Source: Macrostomum lignano
Lineage: Eukaryota
NCBI GenBank assembly: GCA_002269645.1
Contig: NIVC01000206.1
Span: 610,803 to 674,802 of the forward strand
Reading direction: 5' to 3'
Length of the DNA stretch: 64,000 nt
Position numbers and translations under genes: made by a program. The notes below the pieces were generated by a model. That model was not told the origin of the DNA and searched no databases. It was given only the letters and a program-made list of their open reading frames with translations. Positions 24,918 to 38,943 of this stretch are shown one piece after another (the first letter of the stretch is position 1; every line of letters begins with the position of its first letter).

Positions 24918-27900
24918 ATGGAATCAGAAGAGAACAGCAGCAGTAGTATCATTATTGACGTGAATTCGTCAGACAGCAGCCAGCTGTCCTGACTGCACGT
25001 GTACATCGGGGGCGAACGGTTCAATGGTGACGTCACCTCAGATACCGACTCCGCTCTCGCAGGTTGTCAGGCCGCATCGTCGCAAACCAACTTCACAAAG
25101 CGGCAGCAGCATCAGCAGCTTCAGCAATACTCTACGAGTCTGCAGGCGGATGCTGGACAGTCTCAGCATCATCAGCATCGAGTTTGCGAGCTCACTATCG
25201 CCGGACTCAAGGCCGCCCTGGCCGACGCCGAGCACGCAGTCGGGCGTCGGTCAGCAGCTCGCACAGAGGAGATCCGCCAGCTGACGTTCGAGCTGCGCGG
25301 GGTGCAAGCCAGACTGGCGGCGAGTCAGGCTGATGAAGCTCGGATGCGGGAGGAGAGAAGGAAGCTGAGCGTGAGGCTGGGCTCATGGGGACAATCTAAT
25401 ACTATGTTGAGAGGCTGTGGTGTTCGTTGCTAAGGGGATTCGCTTTTGGGACTCAGTTGGGATTCATTTGGGATTCATATGGGATTCAGTTGGGATTCAG
25501 TTGGGATTCATTTGGGATGCAGTTGGGATTCATTTGGGACTCAGTTGGGACCCAGTTAGGATTCATCTGGGATTCATTTGGGATTTAGTTGATAAAAATT
25601 TTGGATTCATTAGGGATCCATTAGGTATTCAGTTGGGATTCAGTTTGGGATTATTTTGGGATTATTTTGGGATTCAGTTGGGATTCCTTTGGGAATTTTT
25701 TAGCACTGTACTCCAATAATGTACTTTAACCAACGTACATGTACTTAAAACAGTGTAGCTTAAACAATGTACTGTATGTAACAATGTAATCTTAAAATCT
25801 ATTCAAAGTGTACTTTTTAATGTACTTTACCGATGTACTTTAATTTTTTACACTTATAATTTAATTTTTTACTGTACTTTAAAAGTGCTTCAAACTCTGA
25901 GCTATTACCAATCAAAAGAATCAATTCCGGATGGGTCCTCACAAAAAGAACGCGCCCGCAAAAAACTCCCCCCCGTCCCTCAGGAGGCCAACGAGCGCCT
26001 CGTTGGCGAATCCTCCGAGCTCCGCCGCCAGCTAGACCGGGCTCGCGCCGAGGCCGCCGAGGCCGCTGACGCCGGACGCGAACTCCGTACCTCGCTAACC
26101 GACTTACAATCCGACAAAGCCGAACTGCTGGCTGGGCTCGAGGCTGTCTGCTCCGAGAAAAACCGTCTGCATGAGCGATTGAGCTGCCTGGAGGCTGAGC
26201 GAGCTCGACTGGCTGAGGTGTCGGCGGAGGCCTCGGCGGAGCTGTCGGCGCTGCGTCAGGAACGCGCGGAGCTGCGGCAGCGGCTGCAACAGGCGGAGTC
26301 GGCGGCTGCGTCCGTTGAAGCGTCCAAGGCTCGATGCGTTGAGCTGACTGAGCAGCTGCGGATGACGGAGCGAAGGGCGGAGAGTCTGATGGAGGCCCGG
26401 GACGCCGCTCAGGTTGGTTCCTTTGACCTTCTTTGACCTCTCTTGTTTTGATTTGAGGGTTTCACGGAAAGACGTTCCGAGTGACGCATAAGTTGTCCTT
26501 GGATTAATAATCTACTTGTCCATTGTCTCTTAATTTTTTTAAAGAAGAAAAACTATTTTTAGTACTTTGTTTTCTTAGAAACTATTTTTTTCATTGTGGC
26601 CTTTTAATTTGTCAAAGCCTAATTTTTATTCAATTATTTTCTTATTTAACGGTTATTTTATTTTGTATTATCGAGGCCACGATGTATTTGCATCATAATT
26701 TCTTAGAAAGACGGACATTATGTACGATATAATGTTCAGGAAAATCAATCATTTCATCTTTTATAACTTCCTAAAAATTCAGTCATTTTATAGGACATAA
26801 TTTCCTAGAAAATCAGAATTTTAAACGATTTAATTTCTTAGAAAATCAATCAATTTCATTCTTGTTTTGTTATTAATATTTAATTTAATTTATTCTTGTT
26901 TCTAAGAAATCAGGTCATTTTCTTTTTTCTTAGAAAAGTATACTTCTACGAATTCAATTCGTACAAAAAATAATAAGCATCCCAAACCAATCCGCAGGAA
27001 TCACTAGAAAAGTGCCGATCATACCAATCACAACGCGACCGCGACTACCAAGCGGCACTTGACGCAACCGCCGCCCTGGAGGAGTCGCTGTCAGTTCAGC
27101 AGGTGTCAGTAGCCCGGCTGAGTAGCCACTCGGCAGAATTGGAGCGTCAGAAACTTCAACTAGCCGACGCCTGCGTTCGTTGGAGCGATCAGCACGCCGA
27201 GACTCAGGCAGCTCTGGACACCGCCGAGTCAAGGATCCAGCAGCTCAGCGCGGAGAGAGATCAGCTTAAGTCGCGTCTGGATGACCTGACCGACGCTTGG
27301 GATGAGGTTGGGGTTGCGGCCTTTGCTTTTGCTGCTTCGGTTGGAAACTGGGGGGTTAGACCTGTGATATGTTAGACACACCTGTGATATGTTAGACACA
27401 CCTGTGATATGTTAGACACACCTGTGATATGTTAGACAAACCTGTGATATGTTAGACACACCTGTGATATGTTAGACACACCTGTGATATGTTAGACACA
27501 CCTGTGATATGTTAGACACACCTGTGATATGTTAGACACACATGTAACCTGTTAGACACACCTGTGATATGTTAGACACACCTGTGATATGGTAGACACA
27601 CCTGTGACCTGTTAGACACACCTGTGATATGTTAGACACACCTGTAACCTGTTAGACACACCTGTGATATGTTAGACACACCTGTGATATGTTAGACACA
27701 CCTGTGATATGTTAGACACACCTGTGATATATTAGACACACCTGTAACCTGTTAGACACACCTGTGATATGGTAGACACACCTGTAACCTGTTAGACACA
27801 CCTGTGATATGGTAGACACACCTGTGATATGTTAGACACACCTGTGATATGTTAGACACACATGTAACCTGTTAGACACACCTGTGATATGTTAGACACA

Positions 27901-30900
27901 CCTGTGATATGGTAGACACACCTGTGACCTGTTAGACACACCTGTGATATGTTAGACACACCTGTAACCTGTTAGACACACCTGTGATATGTTAGACACA
28001 CCTGTGATATGTTAGACACACCTGTGATATGTTAGACACACCTGTGATATATTAGACACACCTGTAACCTGTTAGACACACCTGTGGTATGGTAGACACA
28101 CCTGTAACCTGTTAGACACACCTGTGATATGGTAGACACACCTGTGATATGTTAGACACACCTGTGATATATTAGACACACCTGTAACCTGTTAGACACA
28201 CCTGTGATATGGTAGACACACCTGTAACCTGTTAGACACACCTGTGATATGGTAGACACACCTGTGATATGTTAGACACACCTGTAACCTGTTAGACGGA
28301 CCTGTAGTTATCTGTTAGACACACCTGTTAGACACAGCCCCGATAAAAATCAGATCGATCAAAATTTCTTACCAACTTTATTCTTCTTTTGTAAATAAAT
28401 CACGGAAAATTTTGTTATTTCTACTTTCTATCACAAATCAGTAGTATAAAAAGCAAATTAGAATTCAACAACAGAAAATCCAACAACTTGCCAGGTTCGC
28501 GGCGAAGTGGAAACCGGCTACGGAGCCCGGGCCAGGCTGCAGTCCGAGCTGCGCGAGTCGCAGGCCGAGGCGGCCACCTGGCGAGCCAGCTGCCTGCAGC
28601 TGGAGGAGGAGCGCCGCGGCCTGGAGCATCGGCGAGAAACCTTGGAAATTGAGCGAACTCGGCTGCAGACTGAACTGGCCGAACTGCGCTCTGAGCTGCA
28701 GAATCGAGAGACTGCGACTTCTAGGCTGGCCTGGGAGAAGGAGCAGGTAGATCTTGGGAATTTACTGTCGGCTTTTTATAACAAAACATAAAAAAATTTT
28801 TATCTTCGATATAGCTTATAATTTAGCTAGTTATGGAAAGATTACAACTGTTAATATTTTTAAGATTTACGAGCGTAGCACTTTCTTAGAAATAACTATC
28901 AGGAGTCTTCTAAAAAATTTGATTTCTTGGAAAATTCATCCTGATAGCTATTCTAAGAAATATAGCATACGATTCTAAGAAACTTCTTTCCAAGAAATAA
29001 AATCTGTTTTAGTAATTTTATTTATTTTTAACTTAAACGGCACTTTCATTCTCCGTGGAAAAATGCACTTTTGTATTTCTTGGAAAAATTCGATAGAACT
29101 TTTAAAAACTAAGAATTCTAATTTTGTAAATTTTAGCCTTTGAGCAAAGCTAAAGAGAGCTGAATTGACTTGGACTTTTCTACTTTCGCGATTTTCAGCT
29201 TACTTTCAGATTCTAAAGTAGCTTAAGATACGCTGACTGACTACAAAGCCTATCGAATTCTATTGTCAGTAGTAGGTTGTGTTTTCTTTAAATTTTTTTA
29301 TTAAAACAAAGAGAAAAACTATTGTTTATCTTCTTCTTTTCAACGCACGCAGCCGACTGGACCAGTGCATGGCTGAGAATGCCCGTCTTCGGGACCTGCT
29401 GCGCAAAGGCCAGCAGAGCAGCTCTCGCATGGCCATCGAGTTCGGTTCCAACACCAGCGGATTCAGTGAAACAACAGTCTCCGAAACGTGAGCAATATGC
29501 TACTGAAGCAGCTTTTTTCTTAGAACACATAGGAAGCTTTCTTAGAAATCTGTTTTTCCTATAAACTTAACCATGAAAAAGTGATTTTCCTAGAAACTTA
29601 ACTATGAAAAAGTGATTTTCTTAGAACCTTAACCATGAAAAAGTGATTTTCTTAGAAACTTAACTATGAAAACGTGATTTTCTTAGAAACCATGCAATCA
29701 CGTGTATTTTATACATAGAAACCCTTTTTGGACACTTAGTATAAAAAATACATGAAGGTTTTATAGATAGAACTGATAGTAAAAAGTTCCCCATTGAACT
29801 AATTTACTAAGGTACCCTCCCACTAATTGTTCTTTGCAGCATCCTGGAAGAGAAGAACCGCCACATCCAGAGGCTTCTGGCTCAGATCAGCCGGTTGACA
29901 AGTGTGCTGAAATCTACCAGTTCGCTTGGCGGCTCAGCCTCCGAGCTGCATCAGCAGAGCCTGTCCGACAGTCGGCCAGCCACTCCGTCTCCAAAGTTTG
30001 CAGCTTCATCGGAGGCTGTGTCGGCAGCGGCGGCTGTCACCTCGTCAGCGTCTAGCGTTGTTGGCTGGCGAGGCAGTCAGGCAGAACATTTGAGAACTCG
30101 TGTTTTGCAGGTGAGCACCTTTCTGGATCAATATGTCAGCGTTTTCTCAAGTTCAATTTTTTAGGTTTGTGAGGCTTGGCGCTTTGTGAGGTTTGGTGCT
30201 TTGTGAGGCTTGGTGCTTTGTGAGGCTTGGCGCTTTGTGAGGCTCTGTGAAAGTGATCGATTGGGTAGAATGCTCTATTAATTATATCTACCCACACACT
30301 ACGAATATATTAGCGCAAACAAGGATCTGGAATACTAAAGTAATGTTTTAGCGGTCCTTGTATTAGACTTCTAAAATCTAGGAACTGCATGTAAAATTTG
30401 CTGTCATTTAAAATGGTTTTAATGTAGGACTTTCTTAAATTACTATTCTCTTCGTTATATACACTACTATAAGTAGTTTTCACTAGTCAACTATGTACTT
30501 TGAAATTTTCTATAATTCTGCATACATACACTACTAATTAGAAAGCTGCTAAAAGTAGTGTTATGGCTTATAAATAGCTTTAATTATGCGACAATCTACA
30601 GGCTTTAGTCGAGGCTCTTCAAGCCGAGCTCTCATTAAAGGAGGACCTGTCTCAGCTGATAGCCGACCTGCCAGCAGACTGGCAGGCCACCCTGACCCGG
30701 CGAGTCACCGAACTCGCCGATCTGCGTCGTCGACTTGGCGACGTGCTGTCGGATATTGAGCTGGCGGCGAGGCGGCTGCGCGACCGAGGCGGCGAACTGG
30801 CCGCCCAGCTGCACCGCCTGGAGCGGGAGAATGCCGGCCTGCGGGATCGGCTGCGGACTGGCGGCGGCTCTGCCGGAATTTCCGCTCCGTTGACCCGTGA

Positions 30901-33900
30901 GTTTCTTAGAAACATCAACCGCTAAGAGAGTACGCGCAGGATTTTTTTTGAAATAGTAAAACAAATTTTGGATGCCGTGTAGCCCAGTGGTCTGGCGCGG
31001 CGCTCTGATGCCGATTCCAAGTGCAGTCACATAAATTTGGGGCTAAATTGGAATCTGTCAGAGGAGTCAGCGAAATAGGCAGTAATGCCTTCTCGCCCGG
31101 CTGTGTGACAATGTCGCTTCTTAAAGTGCGCCAGGGTGCCCGATGAAATCGGTACCGAGGCCAAGAAGCGTCCCTCAGTCACTTGCGTCCAGGCGCGTCA
31201 CCACCGGGTGGGGGGGGGGCACAGGGGGACATGCCAATGCTTTTTCCCCCCAACCCCACCTTGTGAGTCGTTGTGGTAATAAAATCAATGTGGTAACCTG
31301 CGGCGCCAAAATGAGTTCCTGCGGCGCCAAAATGAGTGCCTGCGGCGCTAAAATGAGTGCCTGCGGCGCCAAAATGAGTGCCTGCGGCGCTAAAATGAGT
31401 GCCTGCGGCGCTAAAATGAGTGCCTGCGGCGCTAAAATGAGTGCCTGTGGCGCTAAAATGAGTGCCTGCGGCGCTAAAATGAGTGCCTGTGGCGCTAAAA
31501 TGAATGCCTGCGGCGCTAAAATGTGTGCCTCCGGCGCTAAAATGAGTGCCTCCGGCGCTAAAATGAGTGCCTGCGGCGCTAAAATGAGTGCCTGCGGCGC
31601 CAAAATGAATGCCTGCGGCGCTAAAATGAGTGTCTGCGGCGCTAAAATGAGTGCCTGCGGCGCTAAAATGAGTGCCTGCGGCGCTAAAATGAGTGCCTGT
31701 GGCGCTAAAATGAGTGCCTGCGGCGCTAAAATGAATGCCTGCGGCGCTAAAATGAGTGCCTGTGGCGCTAAAATGAGTGCCTGCGGCGCCAAAATGAGTG
31801 CCTGCGGCGCTAAAATGAGTGCCTGCGGCGCTAAAATGAATGCGTAAATGAGGGCCAAAATTTAGTCATGTACATGTTGAATTCTTGGCTTTGTCCCCCC
31901 TCAGATCCGTTTTCGCGATTTTAAAATTATTTTATGTAGAAAATAGAAAATAGCTTGGAAACCTTGTGTACCTGAGTACACTCCTAATCTGGAACCTTAA
32001 TTATTACTAGTGGCGGAAGAGCCTGCTCAATGGCTGAGGCGCCGAATTACTTATTTAGTTTAGTTTTAGTTAGTACACCATTGTTGTAAAATATCTTTCG
32101 GAAACAATGCGTTTAATGTCGATACGCCTACTTAGAGTAGACACTTAGCAATCTAGACGAAAAATTTGCGAATTATCTCCAATCAGGACGCCGCAGCGTA
32201 GGTCCCACCACCGAGTCCACCGATCTGCTGCTGCACGCCGTCTGCCGGCTGGACGACTTCGAGCTGCTCAGAAAAGAGTCGCGCGAAAATCTCCGAGAAA
32301 TACGCAGCGCCAAAAATCGAGTAGACGAACGCGCTACGCACTATAGAAGCCTGGGCGTGCTGGAGCGATCGCAGAGTGTGGATTACAGCTTGTTAAAGCA
32401 TCTGGCCAGAGAGCTGGCGGGAATCCAGTTCTATGCTGAGGAGCGCGAGCGGCTGCTCAATAAATTCTGGATTTGCGAGCTGCCGCCATGGGCTGTTCAT
32501 AGTCGGCAGGTGCGAATTCATTAGCAAAATGTGTCCCCCTGAATCCAATCTGCAATTCCTAAAATCGAATCCCTAATTCCTAGAATCGAATCCCCAATTC
32601 CTAGAATCGAATCGCCAATTTCTAGAATCGAATCCCCAATTCCTAGAATCGAATCCCCAATTCCTAGAATCGAATCCCCAATTCCTAGAATCGAATCCCC
32701 AATTCCTAGAATCGAATCCCCAATTCCTAGAATCGAATCCCCAATTCCTAGAACCGAATCCCCAATTCCTAGAATCGAATCCCAAATCCTAGAATCGAAT
32801 CGCCAATTCCTAGAATCGAATCCTCAATTCCAATAATCGAATCCCCAATTCCTAGAATCGAATCCCCAATTCCTAGAATCAAAAAATCGCCAATTCCTAG
32901 AATCAAATCGCCAATTCCTAGAATCTAATCCCAATTCCTAGAATCGAATCGCCAATTCTTAGAATCGAATCCTCCTAGAATCGAATTCATAATTCCTAGA
33001 ATCGAATCCCCAATTCCTAGAATCGAATCCCCAGTTCCTAAAATCGAATACCCAATTCCTAGAATCGAATCCCCAATTCCTAGAATCGAATCGCCAATTC
33101 CAAGAATCGAATCCCCAATTTCTAGAATCGAATCGCCAATTCCTAGAATCGAATCCCCAATTCCTAGAATCGAATCGCCAATTCCTAGAATCGAATCCCC
33201 AATTCCTAGAATCGAATCCCTAATTCCTAGAATCGAATCCCCAATTCCTAGAATCGAATCGCCAATTTCTAGAATCGAATCCCCAATTCCTAGAATCGAA
33301 TCGCCAATTGCTAGAATCGAATTCATAATTCCTAGAATCGAATCCCCAATTCCTAGAATCGAATCCCCAATTCCTAGAATCGAATCCCCAATTCCTAGAA
33401 TCGAATCGCCAATTCCTAGAATCGAATCCCCAATTCCTAGAATCGAATCGCCAATTGCTAGAATCGAATTCATAATTCCTAGAATCGAATCCCCAATTCC
33501 TAGAATCGAATCCCCAAATCCTAGAATCGAATCGCCAATTCCTAGAATCGAATCCTCAATTCCAATAATCGAATCCCCAATTCCTAGAATCGAATCCCCA
33601 ATTCCTAGAATCAAAAAATCGCCAATTCCTAGAATCAAATCGCCAATTCCTAGAATCTAATCCCAATTCCTAGAATCGAATCGCCAATTCTTAGAATCGA
33701 ATCCTCCTAGAATCGAATTCATAATTCCTAGAATCGAATCCCCAATTCCTAGAATCGAATCCCCAGTTCCTAAAATCGAATACCCAATTCCTAGAATCGA
33801 ATCCCCAATTCCTAGAATCTAATCCCAATTCCTAGAATCGAATCGCCAATTCTTAGAATCGAATCCTCCTAGAATCGAATTCATAATTCCTAGAATCGAA

Positions 33901-35078
33901 TCCCTAATTCCTAGAATCGAATCCCCAATTCCAAGAATCGAATCCCCAATTCCTAGAATCCATTCGCCAATTCCTAGAATCGAATCCCCAATTCCTAGAA
34001 TCGATTCGCCAATTTCTAGAATCGAATCCCCAATTCCTAGAATTGAATTCATCCCCAATTCCTAGAATCGAATCCCCAATTCCTAGAATCGAATCCCAAA
34101 TCCTAGAATCGAATCCCCAATTCCAAGAATCGAATCCCCAATTCCTAGAATCCATTCGCCAATTCCTAGAATCGAATCCCCAATTCCTAGAATCGAATCG
34201 CCAATTTCTAGAATTGAATTCATCCCCAATTCCTAGAATCGAATCCCCAATTCCTAGAATTGAATTCATCCCCAATTCCTAGAATCGAATCCCCAATTCC
34301 TAGAATCGAATCCCAAATCCTAGAATCGAATCGCCAATTCCTAGAATCGAATCCCCAATTCCAAGAATCGAATCCCCAATTCCTAGAATCCATTCGCCAA
34401 TTCCTAGAATCGAATCCCCAATTCCTAGAATCGATTTGCCAATTTCTAGAATCGAATCCCCAATTCCTAGAATTGAATTCATCCCCAATTCCTAGAATCG
34501 AATTCCCAATTCCTAGAATCGAATCCCCAATTCCTAGAATCGAATCCCCAATTCCTAGAATCGAATCCCCAATTCCTAGAATCGAATTTATCCCCGATTC
34601 CTAGAATCGAATCCCTTATTCCTAGAAACGAATCTTTAATTTCTAGAATGGAATCCACGATTCCTAGAATCGAATCCCGAATTCCTAGAATTGAAAGTAA
34701 CCCTAGAAACGAATGTAGTTTTCTTAGAAATGAAATGGAATTCCTGGAAATTCAAAACTATCTTCCAAAATCGTAATTCGAATTCTCAGACGCAACTAAT
34801 CGAAAGCCCCGATCTCCCATCCCATCCCGTTATCAAAGGCCCGCTATTATCACCAGTACCTGCACCAGGGCTCAGCCAAGCCCAACCTTGAAGCGGAGCG
34901 CTGGAAAGGTCGCTACGCGGCTCTCAAAGAAATGCTCGAACAGCGACTATCAAGCGACGAGGCCCGATCGGTGTTCAATGAGAATTTCTCCGGAGCCGAG
35001 ACGCTGCTTTCGGTTGCCAGACACAATCTCGAACCAGCCTCATCTCCGGCTGAAAGCGCGTACACCGTGCACTTTTGA
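24918..35078 (+). CDS. Centrosomin/myomegalin-like coiled-coil protein B with complete CM2 domain
   Basis: Coiled-coil exons 24918-25370, 25984-26412, 26998-27306, 28495-28746, ~29353-29488, 29838-30111, 30602-30898, 32187-32509 (AVCRLDDFELLRKE...LLNKFWICELP) and 34790-35078 (...ETLLSVARHNLEP, cf. myomegalin LRKARGNLE). In-frame TGA at 24990 and unresolved phase breaks. Confidence 0.6.
25435..25700. repeat. Degenerate GGGATTCA(T/G)TT repeat
   Basis: ~11-bp units. Confidence 0.8.
27358..28320. repeat. 20-bp minisatellite (~48 copies)
   Basis: CCTGTGATATGTTAGACACA units. Confidence 0.95.
31300..31845. repeat. 21-bp minisatellite (~26 copies)
   Basis: GCCTGCGGCGCTAAAATGAGT units. Confidence 0.95.
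32540..34690. repeat. 21-bp minisatellite (~100 copies)
   Basis: AATTCCTAGAATCGAATCCCC units. Confidence 0.95.
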
Positions 35079-35279
35079 ACCCTGGCGAATCCTATAGAAT
35101 AAGTCAATTAGTTGGCCACTACTTCAAGTGAATTGATATTTTCTGCTTTCTCTGTCACGCGCGCGGCTTCTCTGCACTACACCAGTGACTGCGCGTACGC
35201 GGAGGTATGGCCGGCCTCGCCCCGATTGAAAACCCACGATTTGGTAGCCTATAAAGCGCCTCTAAGACGGCCTGTCATC

Positions 35280-35630
35280 GCCCCCTATGGCGCCCCCTCA
35301 GCGCCCTCTTTGGCGCACCCTCAGCACCCCTATGGCACCCCCTCAGCGCCCTCCACGGCTCACCCCAGCACCCCTATGGCGCCCCCTCAGTGCCCTTTAT
35401 GGCGCACCCTCAGCACCCCTAAAGCACCTCTTCAGCACCCTCTATGGCGCCCCCCACAGCACCCCTATGGCGCCCCCCACAGCACCGTATGGCACCCCCC
35501 ACAGCACCTCTGTGGCACCCCCCACAGTATCCCTGTGGCACCCCCTCAGCGCCCTCTATGGCGCACCCCACAACACCCCTATAGAACCTCTTCAGCACCC
35601 CTATGGCGCCACACCTTCAGCGCCCCTATG
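35280..35630. repeat. Degenerate GC-rich repeat
   Basis: CACCCCTATGGCGCCCCCTCAG-like units. Confidence 0.75.
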
Positions 35631-36763
35631 ACAAATGCGAGCGTTATCACGGATTCACTTTTGCCTATTTTGCGTATTTATTGCATCTACGAGTACTTAT
35701 AGTTTCAATTTCCATTCTTCGTATTCACAGAAGAAAAAAGTTTAAATTGCCGTGTTGTTGTTTCTATCAGCCAAAATTTCATATAAAAATATACAGGTAG
35801 CTGATTACTGGGCTTTACTGGAGACACTTATCACAGATTTACTAAACGGTCACAAATTTTTGTTTTATTAATTTATATACGAGTACAGTATAGGAGTTAT
35901 AACTATAAGATCTAACATTTTCATGTACATGTATTTGGACTAATTTGTACTGTTTGTTACTATAGTACGAAATATACGAGTATGTACATGTATAGTAAAT
36001 GCATATTATGCTGGCTGCTTGTTCTTCGCACATACATGTACTATACTAGTAGGCTTTTATTTGCCTTTCACGCGCGTTTGTCGAATGTCGATGTGAAATA
36101 AAATTCAAACAGGCAGTTTACGTGGATCACAACTGTTTTTGGGAGTTATTAAAAATACCCTAGTTTTCTGCATCTGCTAGCCTTCGAAGCAATCATTGAA
36201 ATGAGAGTAGAATGATCGAGAAGTACACACATGTACATTTACATACATGTACAGCTTTACTTGGTATGTACATGTAGAGCTCAAAGTAAAGAGGTACAGA
36301 GTACAGTAAAGGTGCAGCTAGGTAGGATGACTATAGATGAGAAGCACACATGTTGCAATTATGTCTCGATCGGATCTACCCATTTCAAATACTGCTACAA
36401 AAAAAGACTTTCGGTGTAGCTGTAGTAGTAGCTATACACTGTGCATGTATGTATTATTTGAGCCAGTGAAGTACTTTGTAAAATTTAATTTGGTAGTTAT
36501 CTGAAGGCGCCTGCTTCCTAGAGTGCTTGCGTGACAATGATGATTTTACTTCTGGTGTTTTTTATATATTTTGCAATGTACATGTACAATCCAAATTATG
36601 CTTGAACCTCGCATTTATATATATGCTTATAATAGTGCAGTGTTAAAATTGTATACGCATTTTTAACTGCATGGTCGCTAGTAAATAAACTTATATTAAT
36701 CGATATCACAAAGCCTATACATGTACAATTAGTTTAAAGCTCAACACGACGCAAAATCAAATA

Positions 36764-36800
36764 ACTCTCTCTCGGCATCGCTCTCTAACAGTAATCTGTC
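36764..36800 (+). promoter_or_regulatory. Candidate TCT/5'TOP start site for the snoRNA host gene
   Basis: Pyrimidine tract ctctctctcggcatcgctctct, DRE-like aatcgata ~60 bp upstream, GC-richer patch and possible donors nearby. The link to the host gene is inference. Confidence 0.25.
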
Positions 36801-38117
36801 TCCCAGAAGCGCCCCGGCCCCCTGGCCTGGTCTCTAAGTTGGGCGCCATCGTCTCCCTCTCTCAGTAGGTATTTCCACGCGATGCTTTGTAGTTGGCTCA
36901 AACTGCATACAAGGAAGGTACAGTACGTGGGATACATGGCCATTTTACTGTTATTCATATTGAGCTTTCGTGGTGAATTTTTCCCTTTCGTTTTGGGCGG
37001 GCGCAATTTACGGAAAATTGCATGGTATTGTACATCGGGCTTGCAGGAAACTATATATATTAGGCATTGTGAGAGCTTCTAGTGGTATAAATTCAAAATT
37101 CAAATTCAAATTCAAATTAAAAATTCAAAAAAATAATGGCAAAAAATTGGTTATACAAGACTATCAAAAATATAATGCTACATATAATTTTACCGTATTA
37201 ATTTTGTACCGCATGGCTTTTCTAGTCTTCTTGGCAAAATTGCTTGTAACATTTGTTTAAATTTGTAAAGTTAAATTGCATTGACAAAAAATTTACGCAT
37301 TTTTAAAAGATGTTCTCCCTCAAGCCCGCTCCATAAACTGGCACTGACAGGCAGGAGAGCGTGGTCACTAGGCCTAACCTTAGTATAGCCTACTTGGTCT
37401 ACTTAAACAACTGTGTATCTGTGGAAAAAAAGTTTTTTGCCTTGTTTGGCTTCGCTTCCCTTTTAATTGTAACTCCCCACCACCTAGCCCTCTGATCTAT
37501 GTCTAAATCTGTTTTTTATTTTAGTCTAGCCTAGCCTAGCTTGCCTTAGCTTAGGCCTACTTTGTCTATGCTCGACCTGCCCATAGCTAATTTCCTAGAC
37601 CTGCCTGGCCCTTAGCAAAGAAGAGCAATGCTTTGTCTTTAGTATAGGGCCTACTTCTAACAGAGGCATGGAGTTCCCATGGACACTGCTAGGGCTAGTA
37701 TACCGCAAGCCGGTACTAGCCCTAATCTATATCAGATCAGATTGAAATGTTAAATGTAAGTATCCTAGGCTAGGCAGCCTAGCAAACATCCTTCGACTAC
37801 GGGCCTATGACTAGACTACATGTCTTAAGAGTTATAAGGCAAATGGTTTAAGCTGCAGTAAAGTAGGCCTAAGTGAGCTGGCTAGGCCTAGTTCTTGTTG
37901 TAGTATTAGGCGAGGCCTAACTCTAAACTAGGGCTAGGCCTAGTTTCAATTTTGAATGTACTAGGGGCCTACTAGCCTACTAGGTCTAGGGTACATGACT
38001 AAGACTGCCACAGCTATTACTGGCTACTGGTATTGAGAAGAGCTACCAATCTTCTAGGCGCTAGCATTGCTATTCCTCTCCTAGACCTAGGTTCCTCTTT
38101 TGCAGCCTTGTCCTACT

Positions 38118-38781
38118 CCATAGTCAGGAAGGTGGCAGAGTGTGCGCCGGAACAAATTTTGGCCTCTCCCAAAATTGTGCGCCGTGCGCCGACACAAAAA
38201 CCCTCGTGTGCGCCGTTGTGCGCCCGCCACTACCTGCCTTGCGACAATAAAAGACCTTTTTTTACAACATAGCAACATTTTTTGTGCGCCAATATACGGG
38301 ACAGTTACGGGCTATCTATATTATATTATGAGAAATTGAGATCGTTAAACCAAAAATAGAAATTTAAAAAATTTTTAATTTAATTTCTAATTTTTAAAAC
38401 AAAACAAACATAAAAAGTAAGCAAATGGCAAAAACAAAGGTAAAAAGGAAAAGGAAAATATTTTATTTTATTTTTTATTTTTTGGTAGAATGCAGTGTTA
38501 CATTAGATAGAACAGTGAATAGTGTACTGTAACAAGTAACGACTTACATCGTTACATGGGATCGCCACAAGGGTAACGCTGCATGTGGCGCGGCGCCCGC
38601 CGCGCCACGCCGCCATGCGCCGGTGTCCTCTGGTGTGCGCCGTTGTGCGCCGCTGTGCGCCAGTGCGCCGCTGTGCGCTGTTGTGGCGCGCCGCTGTGCG
38701 CCGTTGTGCGCCGTTGTGTGCCCAAAAAGGGCTTGTGTGCGCCGGAATTTTCCGACCAAACTGCCACCTTCCTGACTATGG
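38118..38781. mobile_element. Non-autonomous DNA transposon (MITE), 21-bp TIR, 8-bp TSD
   Basis: TIR CCATAGTCAGGAAGGTGGCAG at 38118-38138 and 38761-38781; TSD GTCCTACT at 38110-38117 and 38782-38789; subterminal GTGCGCCG repeats. Confidence 0.9.
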
Positions 38782-38943
38782 GTCCTACTGGCTCTCCTAC
38801 CTACTCATCTCTTTAGCACCATGCCACCATCCAATAACATATTAAGCCAAATTCCTCCCTTAGCTCCTCAAGTGTGGCCATTGTGGTATGTAGCAGTCTT
38901 GGTCCTATACCATGTTATAGGGGCCTATCTTAGTACTAGAAAT

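Noticed and set aside
6486-24992. Selenocysteine reading of the in-frame TGA codons
   Set aside because: No SECIS seen, not a selenoprotein family, and neighbouring frameshifts point to assembly error
2370-34690. Regular 20-34-bp repeat arrays resembling CRISPR
   Set aside because: Head-to-tail with no unique spacers, no cas genes, and located in eukaryotic introns: minisatellites
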